This document shows, piece by piece, positions 1 through 11,950 of a DNA stretch of 64,000 nt (the first letter of the stretch is position 1; each line of letters starts with the position of its first letter). The notes beneath the pieces were generated by a model that was not told where the DNA came from, did no database searches, and was given only the letters and a program-made list of their open reading frames with translations. A program made the translations under genes and the position numbers. Source of the stretch: Raillietiella orientalis (Eukaryota); NCBI GenBank assembly GCA_036172245.1, contig JAYWIR010000003.1, positions 2,356,001 through 2,420,000 of the forward strand, written 5' to 3'.

Positions 1-279
1 GGGATGAGTATCGATGGTTCCATGCCGATGATTTTCGGATTTATGAACAGCCTAATCCAAGTGGTCATGGAGGCTCCGGCAAGTGTACCCGAAAATCAAA
101 TGCATTCCTTCCAGCTCCATTGAATTCCTACAGCTGCTCAAAGCGAAGTGATCCAACCAAGTTCGAATGCATTGCGGCCTACATAAAACATGAACTGATT
201 TGGGAAGCAAGGACGAGGCAGAAATCAACTTGAATCATTAATGCTTTTCTTCCTGACGTGCTCTTCCAAATTTCAAGGC

Positions 280-860
280 ATCAAGAATGCGAGTCACATT
301 CTGACGTGCAAGGCAGCTACCGTTACGGGATGTCCAGGATCCGTTTTCCCTTTTGGCAGAAGTGCATGAAGCTCAGAACCCTCTGCTTTCCGGTCACGAT
401 GTTCTTCAGTGCCTTGGGAGCTGGCCACCTCTTTCCTGTCCAGCCTCCACCGCTGAAGAGATTCATCTGCTCTCGGTGGGGAGTTTTTCCACCGCGCCTC
501 AGGGAGCAAACATCTGGTACACCACCACCACCTCCTAATCACGTGCTCGTGTTCAGTCACGATGCTCGTCCTTCATCAGCATGAAAGGATGTGTTTTGTT
601 GCATTGACGGTGTTCAGATCTGGCGCTTTCTAGGTTTCGGACTTGTAAGAAGAGTCCCGCACTCGAAGCTGATCACATGCAAAGTGATTTATTCACACAG
701 CTCTCCGTGAAGTAAATCAGCTTCATAACAGAGTGATGCAAGCTTCTCGTCGCCACCATAATCTCGCCGCCATGTTTTTTAAAAATAGAATTAAAAGAGT
801 GTTTCATCCAAGGCAGAGAGCTTCGCCGTTGCCTTAGTGATGAGCGGGGAGACTTCATTC
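280..860 (+). mobile_element. Decayed mariner transposase fragment (catalytic and C-terminal part)
   Basis: ORF 258..584 ends HVLVFSHDARPSSA, resembling mariner VLLHDNARPH. Upstream VTMFFSALG resembles VFWD..G, and near 800-860 CFIQGRELRRCLSDERGDFI resembles the mariner C-terminus (..KC...GDYVE). Confidence 0.6.
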
Positions 861-1779
861 TTCATTTCTTGAATGATAATTCGTATTACTTGGATGCTCC
901 TTAGCTGCATTTCCTTGATTTATGCAAGCCACATGAGACTTCTGCAAGGTTATTACACGGTGTTGCATCTCACTTCGTTTCAGCAGCTGGATGTTAAGTT
1001 CACCTTGTGAGTTGTCCCGGGAGGTGGAAAATCTGAAGGAACACCAACGTTTGCGACCTTCAAAGACACAGATGTGTCGCTCACGTATACACTCATAGGA
1101 AACGTGTGATGGGAGGATTCAACTTGGAAGCGTCTACTGTTGATGCTTTTGAAAATTTAGGAAAGGGCGAAGATCCTTCGCAAGATCGCCTTGAATAGTG
1201 CTTGGAGTTTCCAGAATGACCCCCGGGCCATCTCAGCAAGTCTTTCCCGGTGTCACAAAGACGGCTATGAATTCCATGCGGTCAGAAACGAAATTTGGCT
1301 TCTCAACCACTTCGTCATGAGCTCGCATGAGCGTAAACCATCCAATAAAAGCCACCGTGGTCCGAAAGCGCTCTTCCCGTTTCAGCTAGACAAAGGTCTC
1401 CGACGTCCTGGATGACAAGACGGAGCAAGATTATCCGATTGCGATTGTGAACTCAAGCACCGCAGGGTGTTCAAATTCTTCTTGATTGCACGGGCTGCTT
1501 GGAAGGCTGGAAACTGGCTGGGAAACACGGTGATGTCCTTTAAGCGTCAAAGGTGCACGACACGTCCGTCCTTGCTTGATAATGACAGAGCACTACTACG
1601 CATCTAATAACCCGCAGTGCTCACAGTTTTTCTTTTCACTAGAGATTTGCTTTCTCGATATAGGCCTTAAATAAACCCAGAGGGTTTCACGCTAAACATT
1701 ACTTTTAAATTAAACTCGGTGCTTGCGAGGTCACCGAGAAACCGTCGAAGCTTCATTGGCCAGCAATAACTTTACAAGC

Positions 1780-2430
1780 TGGAGGTGATTATCTCTCCAC
1801 ATGAAGCAAAATTCGTTTCTCCTTATGAGAGCATGTGGAAGAAGGCAACTGAAAAAAAAAATAAACAGATGCATAGATGAAGTGTAGAGTTGGGCACCGT
1901 TCCGCTGAATAAGTTGATTCCGTGGACCGTGCGTTTTCACAAGCGCGCTCCGTGGAGAGTAAAGGAAAAAGGGTTGCCAAGTCCGCTGAATACGGTGAGA
2001 TGAACAATCATGCCGTTTGATTCCTTCCGATACTGCACTACATAAATCAGCCAGATGAGAGTTGTTCAGCTTGCTCATTCTCAGATAATAAAATAGCTGA
2101 AATGGCGACGCATGATAAGTGAAGTCGGAAGTGGAGTTGTCACTATATCACCTTCGATTCATTGAGCAGCGAGGGTGCGAGAGGATCGGTTTTGCTGGGC
2201 TCGGCAATCAATAGAAGATACGAATGTGAAACCAGACTGAAATAAAGGTTCCACAGTAATTTATATGAAAATGATGAGGATCCTTTTGAAAAGCTCCTGC
2301 AGCCGCACCTGGCAAGCTCGCGAAACGACAACGGAGAAGAAACGCCAAACAGCCATCCGTACATGAAAAGCAGCAATGAAAGAAACCCGCATGTGAGAGC
2401 TGAATGCAGCACGGAACCAGGATAAACACT
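1780..2430 (-). mobile_element. Decayed mariner transposase
   Basis: ORF 1789..2007 contains SPYSADLA (mariner PPYSPDLA). ORF 2208..2429 contains FQKDPHHFHINYCGTFISVWFH, resembling F..DP..FL.RIVT.DETW.H. The motifs are in the correct order. Confidence 0.7.
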
Positions 2431-2749
2431 AACGTTATTTATTTTATATAAGAAAATCTTTGTCCAATCTTGGAAAAAGCCTTGTTTACCAAGTGTTTCG
2501 AAGAACTCTCGCTAAACAAAAGCAAAGCTGGCAGTTCCGAGTCATATTAATAAAATGATTGCCGGTGCTGCTGACGTCATGCTTCGGAGCTGAGCAGCAG
2601 CTGAAGGTCTGCAAAACGTGGATGTCCGATGCACTCGTGGATGCTTAACTTTGCAATCTCAAACAAGTTCATCCGCCTAAGGTACTTCAGCACGCAGTTA
2701 CGGGTTTACCGGAAGGTGGGGGGTGCGGCACGTGGGACGTTCTTGGCTG

Positions 2750-3060
2750 CAAAGGGCTGGCTGGTCGGATGGAGTTTCAGAATTTCAGCTTCGGGGCGAT
2801 CGTCACGTCATAGGAAGCCCCGCATGAACGTTCGGTATTTCCCAGCAATCCCTGCAGTCATTCAGTAAGCCACCCTCCCCTCGGATAGATTTGTACCTTC
2901 AGGGCTCGTGCATCCATCGAGAGCATAGTACCTGTGCTTCCGGTACGGTGACGACGATAATACTTCAGGAAAAGGGGAGTATTCCCTGGCATGCTCGTAC
3001 CATGAATTTTATGACTCTATCCGATAGCCGAAAACCTGACCCTCGTTCCTGTATCATGAG
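2750..3060 (-). mobile_element. Possible piggyBac transposase relic
   Basis: Frameshifted FMVRACQGILPF / LKYYRRHRTGSTGTMLSMDARALKVQIYPRG resembles piggyBac DESMVPFRGR..FKQY...K...YG.K....D....Y...FEIY.GK. Confidence 0.35.
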
Positions 3061-3199
3061 CGATTGATCCAGATTTATGGCTTTCGGTTTCCTCTAGTGC
3101 TAGAGCGGATAGAGCGAATTCACTACAGATTCACAAGTTGCAGAAAGTCACTGCTGTCAAGGAGGCGCAAGGTCAGCTTGGCAGTCCCATTCGAACATT

Positions 3200-3620
3200 G
3201 GAGCGCGAATCGGACAGGCCTCAGGAGGCGCGACTGGCGGCTTCCATGGAATGGGTGCGCGGGGTCACCAAGATGCACGGGACAGAACTGTGTCACGGTG
3301 CCTTTTGCTGAACCGAGTCTTGTACTGCGGAACTGTACATTCCAAGTGAAGCAGGACGATCACCGAAAGCGAGCATCCCTTCGATGGGACGCTTCGTCGA
3401 AGCTCACAGGACATCCTGATCTTAAAGGATTGCTCGGATTGCACTGAAATTCGAAAACCATCGTCTTTCAGCAGGAGCACTGGCGCCCGTATGGAGAGTG
3501 CAATCGAGGTCAAATTAGTTCATTGAAAAGGCGCTCGGGATCAGGGTACGGTCCATCAGCATTCCTTCATTTCCCTGCGTGATCAAACGGTGGATGCACA
3601 GGTGCCTCACAACGGGGTCC
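3200..3620 (+). mobile_element. Decayed Tc1-like transposase fragment
   Basis: SMEWVRGVTKMHGTEL resembles Tc1 VMVWGGIS..G.TEL, followed by TIVFQQEH resembling IFQQDNA. Confidence 0.45.
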
Positions 3621-3799
3621 CCAATCACAGTCTTCACTCTCTGGAATCCATGGCGTACGGAAGTAGTGAGCAGCAATCGCGCATGCAATTGCAGTTTTTT
3701 TTTTCACCTCAGGAAAATAGGATGACGATTTCATAGACTGTTTAATAGTCTTTCTTTTCCCACTGCTGCAAGTAAAATGCAAGGTAGCGTTTTCAGTTT

Positions 3800-4400
3800 A
3801 GGACATTTTTTGCGTCTTTGTACTCAACCTTTTCACCACTTCGCTCATTGCATCAATGCTGAGTGCTGTCTGCGAATTTAAAGAGAGCTCAATGATGATC
3901 GCTGACCGGTGAAAGCTTTCCGGAAGCTGATACGCCCGTTCTTTGCCTTTGTTCCACGTTGAGTCCTATGAGATCGGCACAAAATCATGGGGTGTTCTCA
4001 GGCCTCCTAGGCATTGCGAATGGTCCATCGAGTTCGCCGGCTGTTTGAAGGTAAGAAAGCTGCCTTAACATATTTTAGCAACTTTCTTTTAAGTAATAGT
4101 GACGTTGAAACGCTGAAGGTTTCCAAGCACTACGAGTTCTGGAGGCAAATGCGGACTTTGTTTATGTTCCAGGAAAGTTTCCGCTTTCTTCTCGTCAGAG
4201 ACCACAGTCCCAAGCACGCTTATAGATTGACAAGCTCATCTATTTGTTTCTCTTTTCCTTTCAGCTTTCAAGCTTGTATCATGAAGACCATGTGTCTCTG
4301 TGTCTCAGAAGGCAAGCCACCAGTTTGTATTTTTCACCTTCCATGGATGGGAACCTTGTCTCTGACAAAAGATGCTTGGTCGTGATTGATCTACAGTTCC
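3800..4400 (+). mobile_element. Decayed mariner transposase
   Basis: ORF 4014..4385 has YEFWRQMRTL...FLLVRDHSPKHA, resembling Y..VL..LR....LLHHDNAPAH. A TGES segment upstream sits at the TGDE position. Confidence 0.5.
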
Positions 4401-4509
4401 TGCGTCTCTTTTTGGTTCACGAATTCATCTGCAATTCAATGAAAAATCCAAACGTCCTGTCTTATTTATTTATTTTTTGAAAAACGGATTCTGCTCATCA
4501 TCCTATTAA

Positions 4510-4900
4510 TATTTCGGAAGAGTGACGCTGAACTTGTCTCCATGGTGAACGTTGGCGGTTCGTTTTCCCGTTTGATCTCCGTCCTGAAATTCTGACGGCC
4601 TTCGAGCGGTGCAGTCGACTTCCTTGGCTTTAATCTTGGAGCTCTATTTACATCATGCGCATCGGAAATAAAATAATAGTAAGCTCTCGTGAGGAGTAAT
4701 GGGCAGGGTTGGTTTCATGAAGGAAAGCCCGGCATTACGAAGGAGGCCATCTTTTCTCTCACTGAGACCACATCTCGTTAGGAAAGCTCTCAGGGCACCA
4801 GGCACGGTGATGACCCGACGAGCATGCAGTCTGTGATGCTCAGGGATGCTGCGGTTTTCGAAGCAACAGTGCGGCACTTAAAAATGAGTCCTCTTCACGA
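4510..4900 (-). mobile_element. Gypsy reverse-transcriptase relic (N-terminal part)
   Basis: ORF 4653..4877 SERKDGLLR...PTLPITPHESL resembles VKKKDG.LR.C.D...LN....PLP. Downstream KRTANVHHGDKFSVTLP resembles KTAF.T..G.FEF..MPFG. Confidence 0.45.
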
Positions 4901-5939
4901 TTCGGCAATCCCTCAAGTGAAATAAAGTGCGCGCACGGCTGCTAAAAGACCATTCGGGCTGCTGCGACGCCATTCCCAAATCAGCGCAGTTCGTTTTTCT
5001 TACATCTAAATTCGTTGATCGCCAACGTCGGCAGACTTGATGGACAAATTAGAATTCACATTAGCAAGGAATGGAACAAAACTGACATGCGAGTTCGCTT
5101 CAAATTCCTGGTAATTTTCGAGTACGCGCTTGTAAAATGCTAGCGATGCAAATTGACCACTTAGCTTGATTTGATTGCATCTTTTCCAGCATGCGTGTGT
5201 CAATTGCTAATCATTGCTAAGTAATGTATTCTTAATGTTTATTGTCCGGCGTCAATTCGAAAAGTTGCAGTGCACTCAGAAAGCACTTTTGAATGCCGAC
5301 GCTGCACGCAGATTCCATCAAGAAGGATTGTGAGGAGCCTTGTGAAAATGGACTCTATTTTCACAACGGGGTGCCTTTATCGGGTGCATTCCCTTTTCTT
5401 AGCTTCCCCGTCAGAAATAGTTCTCACAATCAAATAATCGTACTGACACCGCCGGCGACGCGTGTTTTTGGAGCTTCAGGCAGAAGATGCCCTATTTTCA
5501 TCTTGTTTATTCCAGGAATATGATATGCGGGGTAGGAGGAAAAAAAAAAAACTGTCCTTGCGAAGTGTCTCAGTGAATAGCTTTTGTTTGTGAACATCGC
5601 CTCTTTGTTTACCTTCCTTCGGGAGCTCGGAAAGCAGCAAAAGGCAGGAATATGCCTTCCTCCTCCTATGTTTTCTGCATTCAGTCCATAGACTTATGTA
5701 TATCAGCGGACAAAGAATCCTCCTAGATGTAGGAACTTTGGGAGCTGCTGAAAGGAATTGGTTTTCTTTGCATTCACTCACAGGAGGCACAAATCATTCC
5801 AACTCCTTCGTTCGCGTAGTTCGGAGTTTCTTTTTTTTTTTTTTTCTTCTTGATGGCCACAATTCTCTCTTTGAAATCTTCGCGCCTTGGAAACGATAAG
5901 CGGTTTCTGTGCAGAAGGCCCACCCTCCTAGATACCACG

Positions 5940-6290
5940 GGAAAGCGTTTTTCATTCTCTGGTGAGAGATAATCGCTTCATGAGATGGTATCGTAGTTTT
6001 TCTGCATTCCCTGTAGGAGGCCGACGGTTCGCGCGCAAGAAGATGAGAAGATTTTGAAAAATCCTTCGTTTCGAGAGAACTTGGCGAAGAGGCGGCCCCG
6101 GAGGATGCAGTCTGCCGTTCTCTCCGAGAACTGCGCACCCTTTGGTAATGTAATGAACTCGATCGATGCTGCTCGGGTCGTGTGACCTCAGGTACATCCT
6201 TATGAAGCTAAAAGGCACTACTTGGAACCTCAGGGTATGGCATCCCTGACTCTGGTGAATCACGCCTCACGTACAAGCGGTCTGAGATTA
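5940..6290 (-). mobile_element. DIRS-like (or other LTR-type) reverse-transcriptase relic
   Basis: ORF 5952..6263: IHQSQGCHTLRFQVVPFS resembles IHP.H.KYLRF...QF..LPFG, and LIFLRANRRPPTGNAEKLRYHLMKRLSL resembles L..LG..IN.EKS.L.P....FLG, which is typical of DIRS RT. Confidence 0.45.
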
Positions 6291-6999
6291 CACGCAGTGC
6301 CAAAGCAGAAGGATATACAAACGCTGTGCACATTCTGGAAGGTAAATAGAGGTACATTCCTACATCTACACACCTCACCAAATAACGGTTAGTCTATGAA
6401 AGCATAAGTTGGTTTCTTCGCGTGGTAAAGCCATCATTAGCAGAGGCAAGATGATTTCTTCTAACAAACAAGCTGCTGGAAGCTGCTTCCAGTTACTTCT
6501 CTCGATGGCATCATCCAGCAGTGAGTAAAAAACTCACTTTCGTCTTCCAATGATCGGAAAGAGGGTAACTCAGCTTTTAGCAAACAAATCACCTGAAGTT
6601 GAATTTCGAGATGAGACGCTTCAGATGATCGACTCGCGTCTTGATCAAACAAATGAAATCCTCTGCCATAAAAGGAGCAGCGAAAAGTTTTATGATTTTA
6701 TCAGTTATTTACCAACTTGAAAGGCGCTTAGAACGTTTTTTTTTCCCCAAGAATTCACGTGAATCGTCTAGTTAATTCCATAGTAATGGTGAGCCATCAG
6801 GACTGAATTCAAGTATCTATTGCAATTATTTACTTTCCTCTTGGAATCGCTTTTGCTTAAAATCCTTTTTTTCTCTCCTTCAGGATTCCACATTTCCGAG
6901 ATCAGTTGAGAGGAGAGTGGAATTCGCGGTCGGCCTGCATCAGTCCCGTGTGTTTCCATCCTTTACCTTTCATCGTTTTCTCATTTTCGCCTGAGAATC

Positions 7000-7500
7000 A
7001 AAAGAGCCCACGGGCATTCCAAAATGGCTGCGCATCCAGGATTGTGCACCCTTAATAGAAGTGCTTTGCAAGCACGATGATGCGTGCTTTCTTCTCAGTG
7101 GGCGCAAAGCCATCGGGAAGCAATCTGTTGACCGAGGTGGCGAAATTCCCTCTCGGGAAGCTCTTTCTGAAAATTCGGCACACCGTGGAAACACCTTCAA
7201 TGAAACTCCCGTTAGATAATCTAACGAAAGAAACACTGCACACCAAGATGCTCACTGCATTCCCAACGATTGCCCATTGCCTCTTGCACCCATTTTTTGA
7301 ATCGAGATGCCAAGCTCCGACGCCAGGTGTAAGAAATGAACTCCAGGATTCCGTGGTGTATTCGGTGTTCTTCCATCATCCCATTAGGAAGAGTCGTTTG
7401 GATGAAAGCTTTTTCCAACGAACCGTTTTGCACAAATTTCTGGGAAAGGGAAGAATTCTGAAGAAGCAAATACCGATTCCGAAATTCTGATGCACCGGCG
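7000..7500 (+). mobile_element. RTE-clade LINE relic (post-RT C-terminal region)
   Basis: ORF 7077..7490 LTAFPTIAHCLLHPFFESR...SVVYSVFFHHPIRKSRLDESFFQRTVLHKFLG resembles RTE A..AF..L...F..R.....K..VY.....LLY.SETW.L.K.....L..FQR..LR.ILG. Confidence 0.55.
7284..7385 (+). repeat. About 102-bp direct repeat, copy 1 (copy 2 at 10438-10541)
   Basis: Direct comparison of ttgcacccattttttgaatcgagatgccaagctccgacgccaggtgtaagaaatgaactccaggattccgtggtgtattcggtgttcttccatcatcccatt with copy 2 shows 4 substitutions and one 2-bp indel. Confidence 0.95.
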
Positions 7501-7626
7501 GAAGGGTTTCTTTCGTCCCCTTTCTTGAAGTTGCATTTGAGTTCGAACATTCTAACGCGGTATCCATGAAAATGCTCCAAAATTCGCCTTCAAATATCCA
7601 TCGTCACGAGAAAGTTGGGCTTGCAG

Positions 7627-8120
7627 ACACCCCCCCTTGCATGCAAACGCCTCCTACGTGTTGTACTGGGATGCAAGCTGTGCGATGAAGTGAACGAAAT
7701 TTCGGACCATGGGTTCTGATTGTCTCAACTCGTCAATTGCACCTATTTTTTGTACATCGCTTCTCTTTGGGGCATTCCTCACACCCCTACCCTATCCGTT
7801 ACATGCATTCTCAGTGAATGTTCCATATTTCATCCCGCGATGGCCAGGCATATTAGGGAAATTCTCATCCCCCCATTGAAAGCAGAATTTTCGAATAAAG
7901 TTTCCGTTTGAGGTCACAAAGAAGCGAGGCACCGTCCACGGCCAACGTCCCTCTAACGGTCCAGGCCTCCGACGCCTCCGCAGCCGGAGGTTCATCTGCT
8001 TCCGATAGCATCCGATGCCTGTCAACCGTTCCCAGCTATCTTCACTCGCTCAGCGCTCAATTCTTTCGATCTTTTTCCGTTCCTGCCGAAGGAACCACCG
8101 TTTCCTTGTAACTCATCGGG
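7627..8120 (-). mobile_element. Possible Gypsy 3' end (integrase tail plus polypurine tract/LTR junction)
   Basis: The minus strand reads AAGGGGGGG-TGT at 7638-7627, a PPT followed by the TG start of an LTR. Upstream RNGKRSKELSAERVKI...AWTVRGTLAVDG resembles the integrase C-terminal L..G..V....W..G region. Confidence 0.4.
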
Positions 8121-8199
8121 AGGCTCAAGCGGAGACAAATGAGCTCATGCTGCTAGTCTGAAATTACATAGTAACATTTTGTAAGAAGGAAAATTCTTT

Positions 8200-9020
8200 T
8201 TTAGAAGGCGTTTGGCGGTTTTCGCCGTACACCCAAAGGGAAGCCTTTCTTTCGAAGGAGCTACAAAGTTCCTCACCCGCTTGCACCCGAGCAATTAATC
8301 GCTCCTTCCTTTGAAAAATGGATGGTAAGCAATCACAGGTCTTCTCCAGCACTCTTATCATCCAAGCGCAGTGGTTTTATAATAATAGAAAAATATCCGG
8401 AAAGAAGAAGATCATCTCTGCTGATTCGGAGTGGTAGCATCCATGCCATTCCCAGGGTTTTCCGAGCTGGAACGATGGCAACTGAAGATTTGTTTACACA
8501 TGAACTAAATAGCTGAATGAAAAGCATTCCGAGGGGGGGGAGGGGAAACAAATTCCGCGAGAACGCACACAGTAACAAAAATCAAACTATAAAGGAATTC
8601 AAAGCCACGTCGGATCCCACTTGCACGCAGATTCCATCTTTCCATCCGTTCGCGGTGTTTGTTCTCAAAGTTGCTATTAGATGCCCATGAGCAAATATAA
8701 CACTTGTACAGGGAGACAGATATCTTCTATTCATATTAGGAGCCGTGCGAGGCACTCTTTCTGTTCTCTAGATTACCCCATTTTTCAACCTCCTGGATGT
8801 GCCAAAACAAACAATTTTTCCCTGAAGCGTTATAGGAAAAGTTCACGACGAAATCAAATGTTTTGTTCTTCCTGCCGGAGACAAAAACTTCATCCCGTGT
8901 GTTGCCACTTAGCAGTAGATTACGTCCCGAAAATCGGCATTAGCAGGAAATATAACGAAAAGCTGGATTTCACGTTCGAGGGTTAAGATAAGGAAGAGGA
9001 CCGGACGTTGATGAATATTC
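8200..9020 (+). mobile_element. Possible mariner relic
   Basis: SGFIIIEKYPERR resembles G.ILIEYL..G, and LDYPIFQPPG...RNQMFCS resembles L.WEIL.HPPYS...G..F.S. The match is weak. Confidence 0.3.
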
Positions 9021-10437
9021 CGCTGCGTAAGCGAGTTACAGTTTTAATTAAATGCAGCCTGCAATCCGAGCGTGACGTCTAAAATTTTCAGACTCGAAAC
9101 TTTCGCTGATCTGCAGCGGGGTGCAGGCGAGGCAGGTCCTAATTTGTAATTAGCAAGCCATTGATTACGGATTATCTCTTTTCTATTAACGCTGGGAATA
9201 GGACGAGGCCTCCTTGATTCCGATGATTAAAGAGCTATTTGGATTTCGTAGATGTGTGCTCGATGATGTATGGATTATTGGCTTGCAGGGCAGTCGATGC
9301 CTCATTATGCTGCTGATGAATTAAGGTATGGCTTGCCTGTGTGTGTGTGTGTGCTTTCAACCAACGGGCTTTTTGATTTTCGCTTTGGACCACAAAAGGC
9401 CGAATGCAAACATCGGACGCCGGCATTTCTTCCCTGGAACAGGGTCTCCTACGAAAACATAACCCTTCCAGCAAACTGATTTATTAATGAGGCCTGACAA
9501 GGAAACCGCATTCAACCAGAAGCTGCGCTCGAAAATTTCGTGCATCTCTTGGAAAACAAAAAAGAAAAAAAAAGAAAAAAAAAAAGCATAGCGCCGCTGA
9601 AAATGATGATCTCCCGGCACTACTCAGCCTCCTGGTGCAGAGTTTCCATAGGATGAGCTCCTAACAAAACGAGCGTGCCTCAGAGGGAAAATCACAGTGT
9701 GGGTTTGGGAGCGACCTGCCTTTGCGAAACTGCAAAAGGACCAAAAGAACCGGCAAGCCCGAATGCCTTGAATTATTTCCTTCATCTCCGCCTTTTTTTT
9801 TTTTTTTTTTTTCTTTTCCTTAAAAAAAAAAAAAAAAATGTGGTTTCATTCGTGCTTGTTGCCCAGCTTCCGTGGTTCCTCCAAAGTCGACACGGTGTTT
9901 GCTAAATTTCGTATGCAAAGGTTTCCTAACGACTTTTGTTTTTCCGTGTAACTCTGTGATGGATCCTCTTCAAATACTGAAGAGGGTTGTGTTATGGGAG
10001 AGAGCTATAAATCAATATGCCTAAGGAACATGCTACCCAGATGATGAGGTAGTCCTTATTATTTCAAGGTCAAATATTTTCAAACTCTATTCTTCTAAAA
10101 AAAGAAAAGAAGAAGAAAAAAAAAAAAAAAAAAAAAAAGAAGCGAAACACCCCATTCTTTCTTTTCTTCAGATAACAAAGTGTTTTGAAGGATGAAAAGG
10201 TTTAACCATCTAACGCCAAAAGCTAATAACGAAACGCGTTGATTTATGGCCGGCGACATCTCAACGAAATGTCTGACATAATGTGTTAATACCACACCGC
10301 TACCACGGAACCATCTCGAACGAGCCACCTGCTCACAGGGCCGCCGCTCGTAAGGATACTTTACTTTTGAGGAGGTTCGAAGATACAAACAGATCCGGGA
10401 TGGACGTTTTGTTCCCCTCCTTGTGACCACTGGTTAT

Positions 10438-10541
10438 TTGCATCCATTTCTTTTGAATCGAGATGCCAAGCTCCGACTCCAGGTGTACGAAATGAACTCC
10501 AGGATTCCGTGGTGCATTCGGTGTTCTTCCATCATCCCATT
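10438..10541 (+). repeat. About 104-bp direct repeat, copy 2 of 7284-7385 (RTE-derived)
   Basis: ttgcatccatttcttttgaatcgagatgccaagctccgactccaggtgtacgaaatgaactccaggattccgtggtgcattcggtgttcttccatcatcccatt. The flanks do not match those of copy 1. Confidence 0.95.
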
Positions 10542-10799
10542 GGCCCCACCACTGGAAACGCCAGGAGCTTTGCAAGAAAGTGTCACACAGTCTTCGTGGC
10601 GCAAACATATGTAAAATATGACTACTTTCAAAAAGTAACTTTCACGGGCTTTTTATAATGGATAGGAGTGCAAAAAGGAGGAAGTGTGGTGCAGTACGAG
10701 CTCAGTCACTATTAATCAAATCCTGAGGGAAAAACAATTTTGATATTACTGTTGCTCCGTCTCTTTGGACGAACACAATTTTTCATCAATCTGAAGTAA

Positions 10800-11200
10800 G
10801 TCCCTTTTCTGCAACACTCTCTTTAGGCGCTGCTGATCAGTTTTCCCCTCTCGGCTCGGAAATAGTGTTACCTCAGTGTTCATTGAATCGCCTCGAAGTG
10901 TACGGTTTCGGATCTCTTTCCGGTGGTTTCTTCCTGATGGAATCCATGCTTTCTGCTGTGCCGAGTTCTGGCAGCATCTTTGCAGCATCGAAATCGAAGA
11001 GTGCTTTTGGTTCTCCCCATCCGACTGTTCCGAACGACCTCTTGGACTTTTGGTGCTCATAACGCCGCTCTGCTTCTTTAGGAAGACCTACGATTGCAGT
11101 CAGCTTGCAAGAGCTGATCGTGCGTGGCCCTGGAGGAATCGCTCTCGTGTTTGGTGCAATTCGTTTTTTCACCGAAGCGAACTATTTGACAGCAAAACTC
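10800..11200 (+). mobile_element. CR1/L2/Jockey-type non-LTR RT relic
   Basis: ORF 10865..11062 LNRLEVYGFGSLSGGFFLMESMLS...AFGSPHPTVPNDLL resembles L.KL..YG..G....WF.SYLS.R...GVPQGSVLGPLLF. Confidence 0.55.
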
Positions 11201-11449
11201 GCACTGGTAACATCAAAATGCAGTCGCATGTGAATTCAGAAGGAAAAGAACCATTCAACTGGAGTATAGGAAAATAGGGAAAGCGTTTGCGAATATAGGA
11301 AGTTGCGAATCGTATGAGCAAATGACTTTTCTATGATGTGACCGAGGTTATCCTCGTTGGTCACTGATGCTTCTGATTCCAGGAACCCGCACTTGCCGAA
11401 AGACTTCGTTCGAACTCCATCATTCTTTTCATCAAGATTGGATGCATTT

Positions 11450-11950
11450 CCCCGTCATGAAAATGACGATCTCACTAAGGTTTCGACTCGCGCTTCTGGT
11501 CAGCAACATCGTCCTCAGTGGATGCTGGCGATAAAACCTATCGAGTGAACTCTGAATCTCTGCAGTGGAAAGACTCGGAAGAGAAATCGGTGTAAGCTCG
11601 CCGAGATGCATTAGCAGAGTATGGGGACCACCTAAATCGACTAGGATGAAATATCCAGCTCAAGAGAAAGCTCTAGAAGCAGAAGAGCGGGGGTCCACGG
11701 AAACGTCACTTACTCGAGAAGAGCGGCATTCTTTCACACTCGTTGGTAGTGAGCATCGCCATCCAGAAAGTTGTCATTTAAGTTCCATGAAGACGTGGGC
11801 GATACAAATTTTGGAGCATTGCGAGATGATCCTTCGGATGAAGATTTGCAGTTGGCACCTGGAAATCCAGACTACCCTAAGGGAAAAGAACAAGACCATA
11901 AAGGGATGCATAAACAGAGCCCTTCGTACCGCCCTAAGAAACGATATTTT
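11450..11950 (+). mobile_element. Decayed mariner (HTH to first catalytic D)
   Basis: RLGREIGVSS resembles .LA.E.GIS, SSMKTWAIQ resembles T.DETW, and KGMHKQSPSYRPKK resembles S.QW.H..SPRPKK. Confidence 0.5.

Noticed and set aside
5303..8638. Exact 17-mer tgcacgcagattccatc at 5303-5319 and 8622-8638
   Set aside because: The match does not extend, and one such match in 64 kb is compatible with chance.
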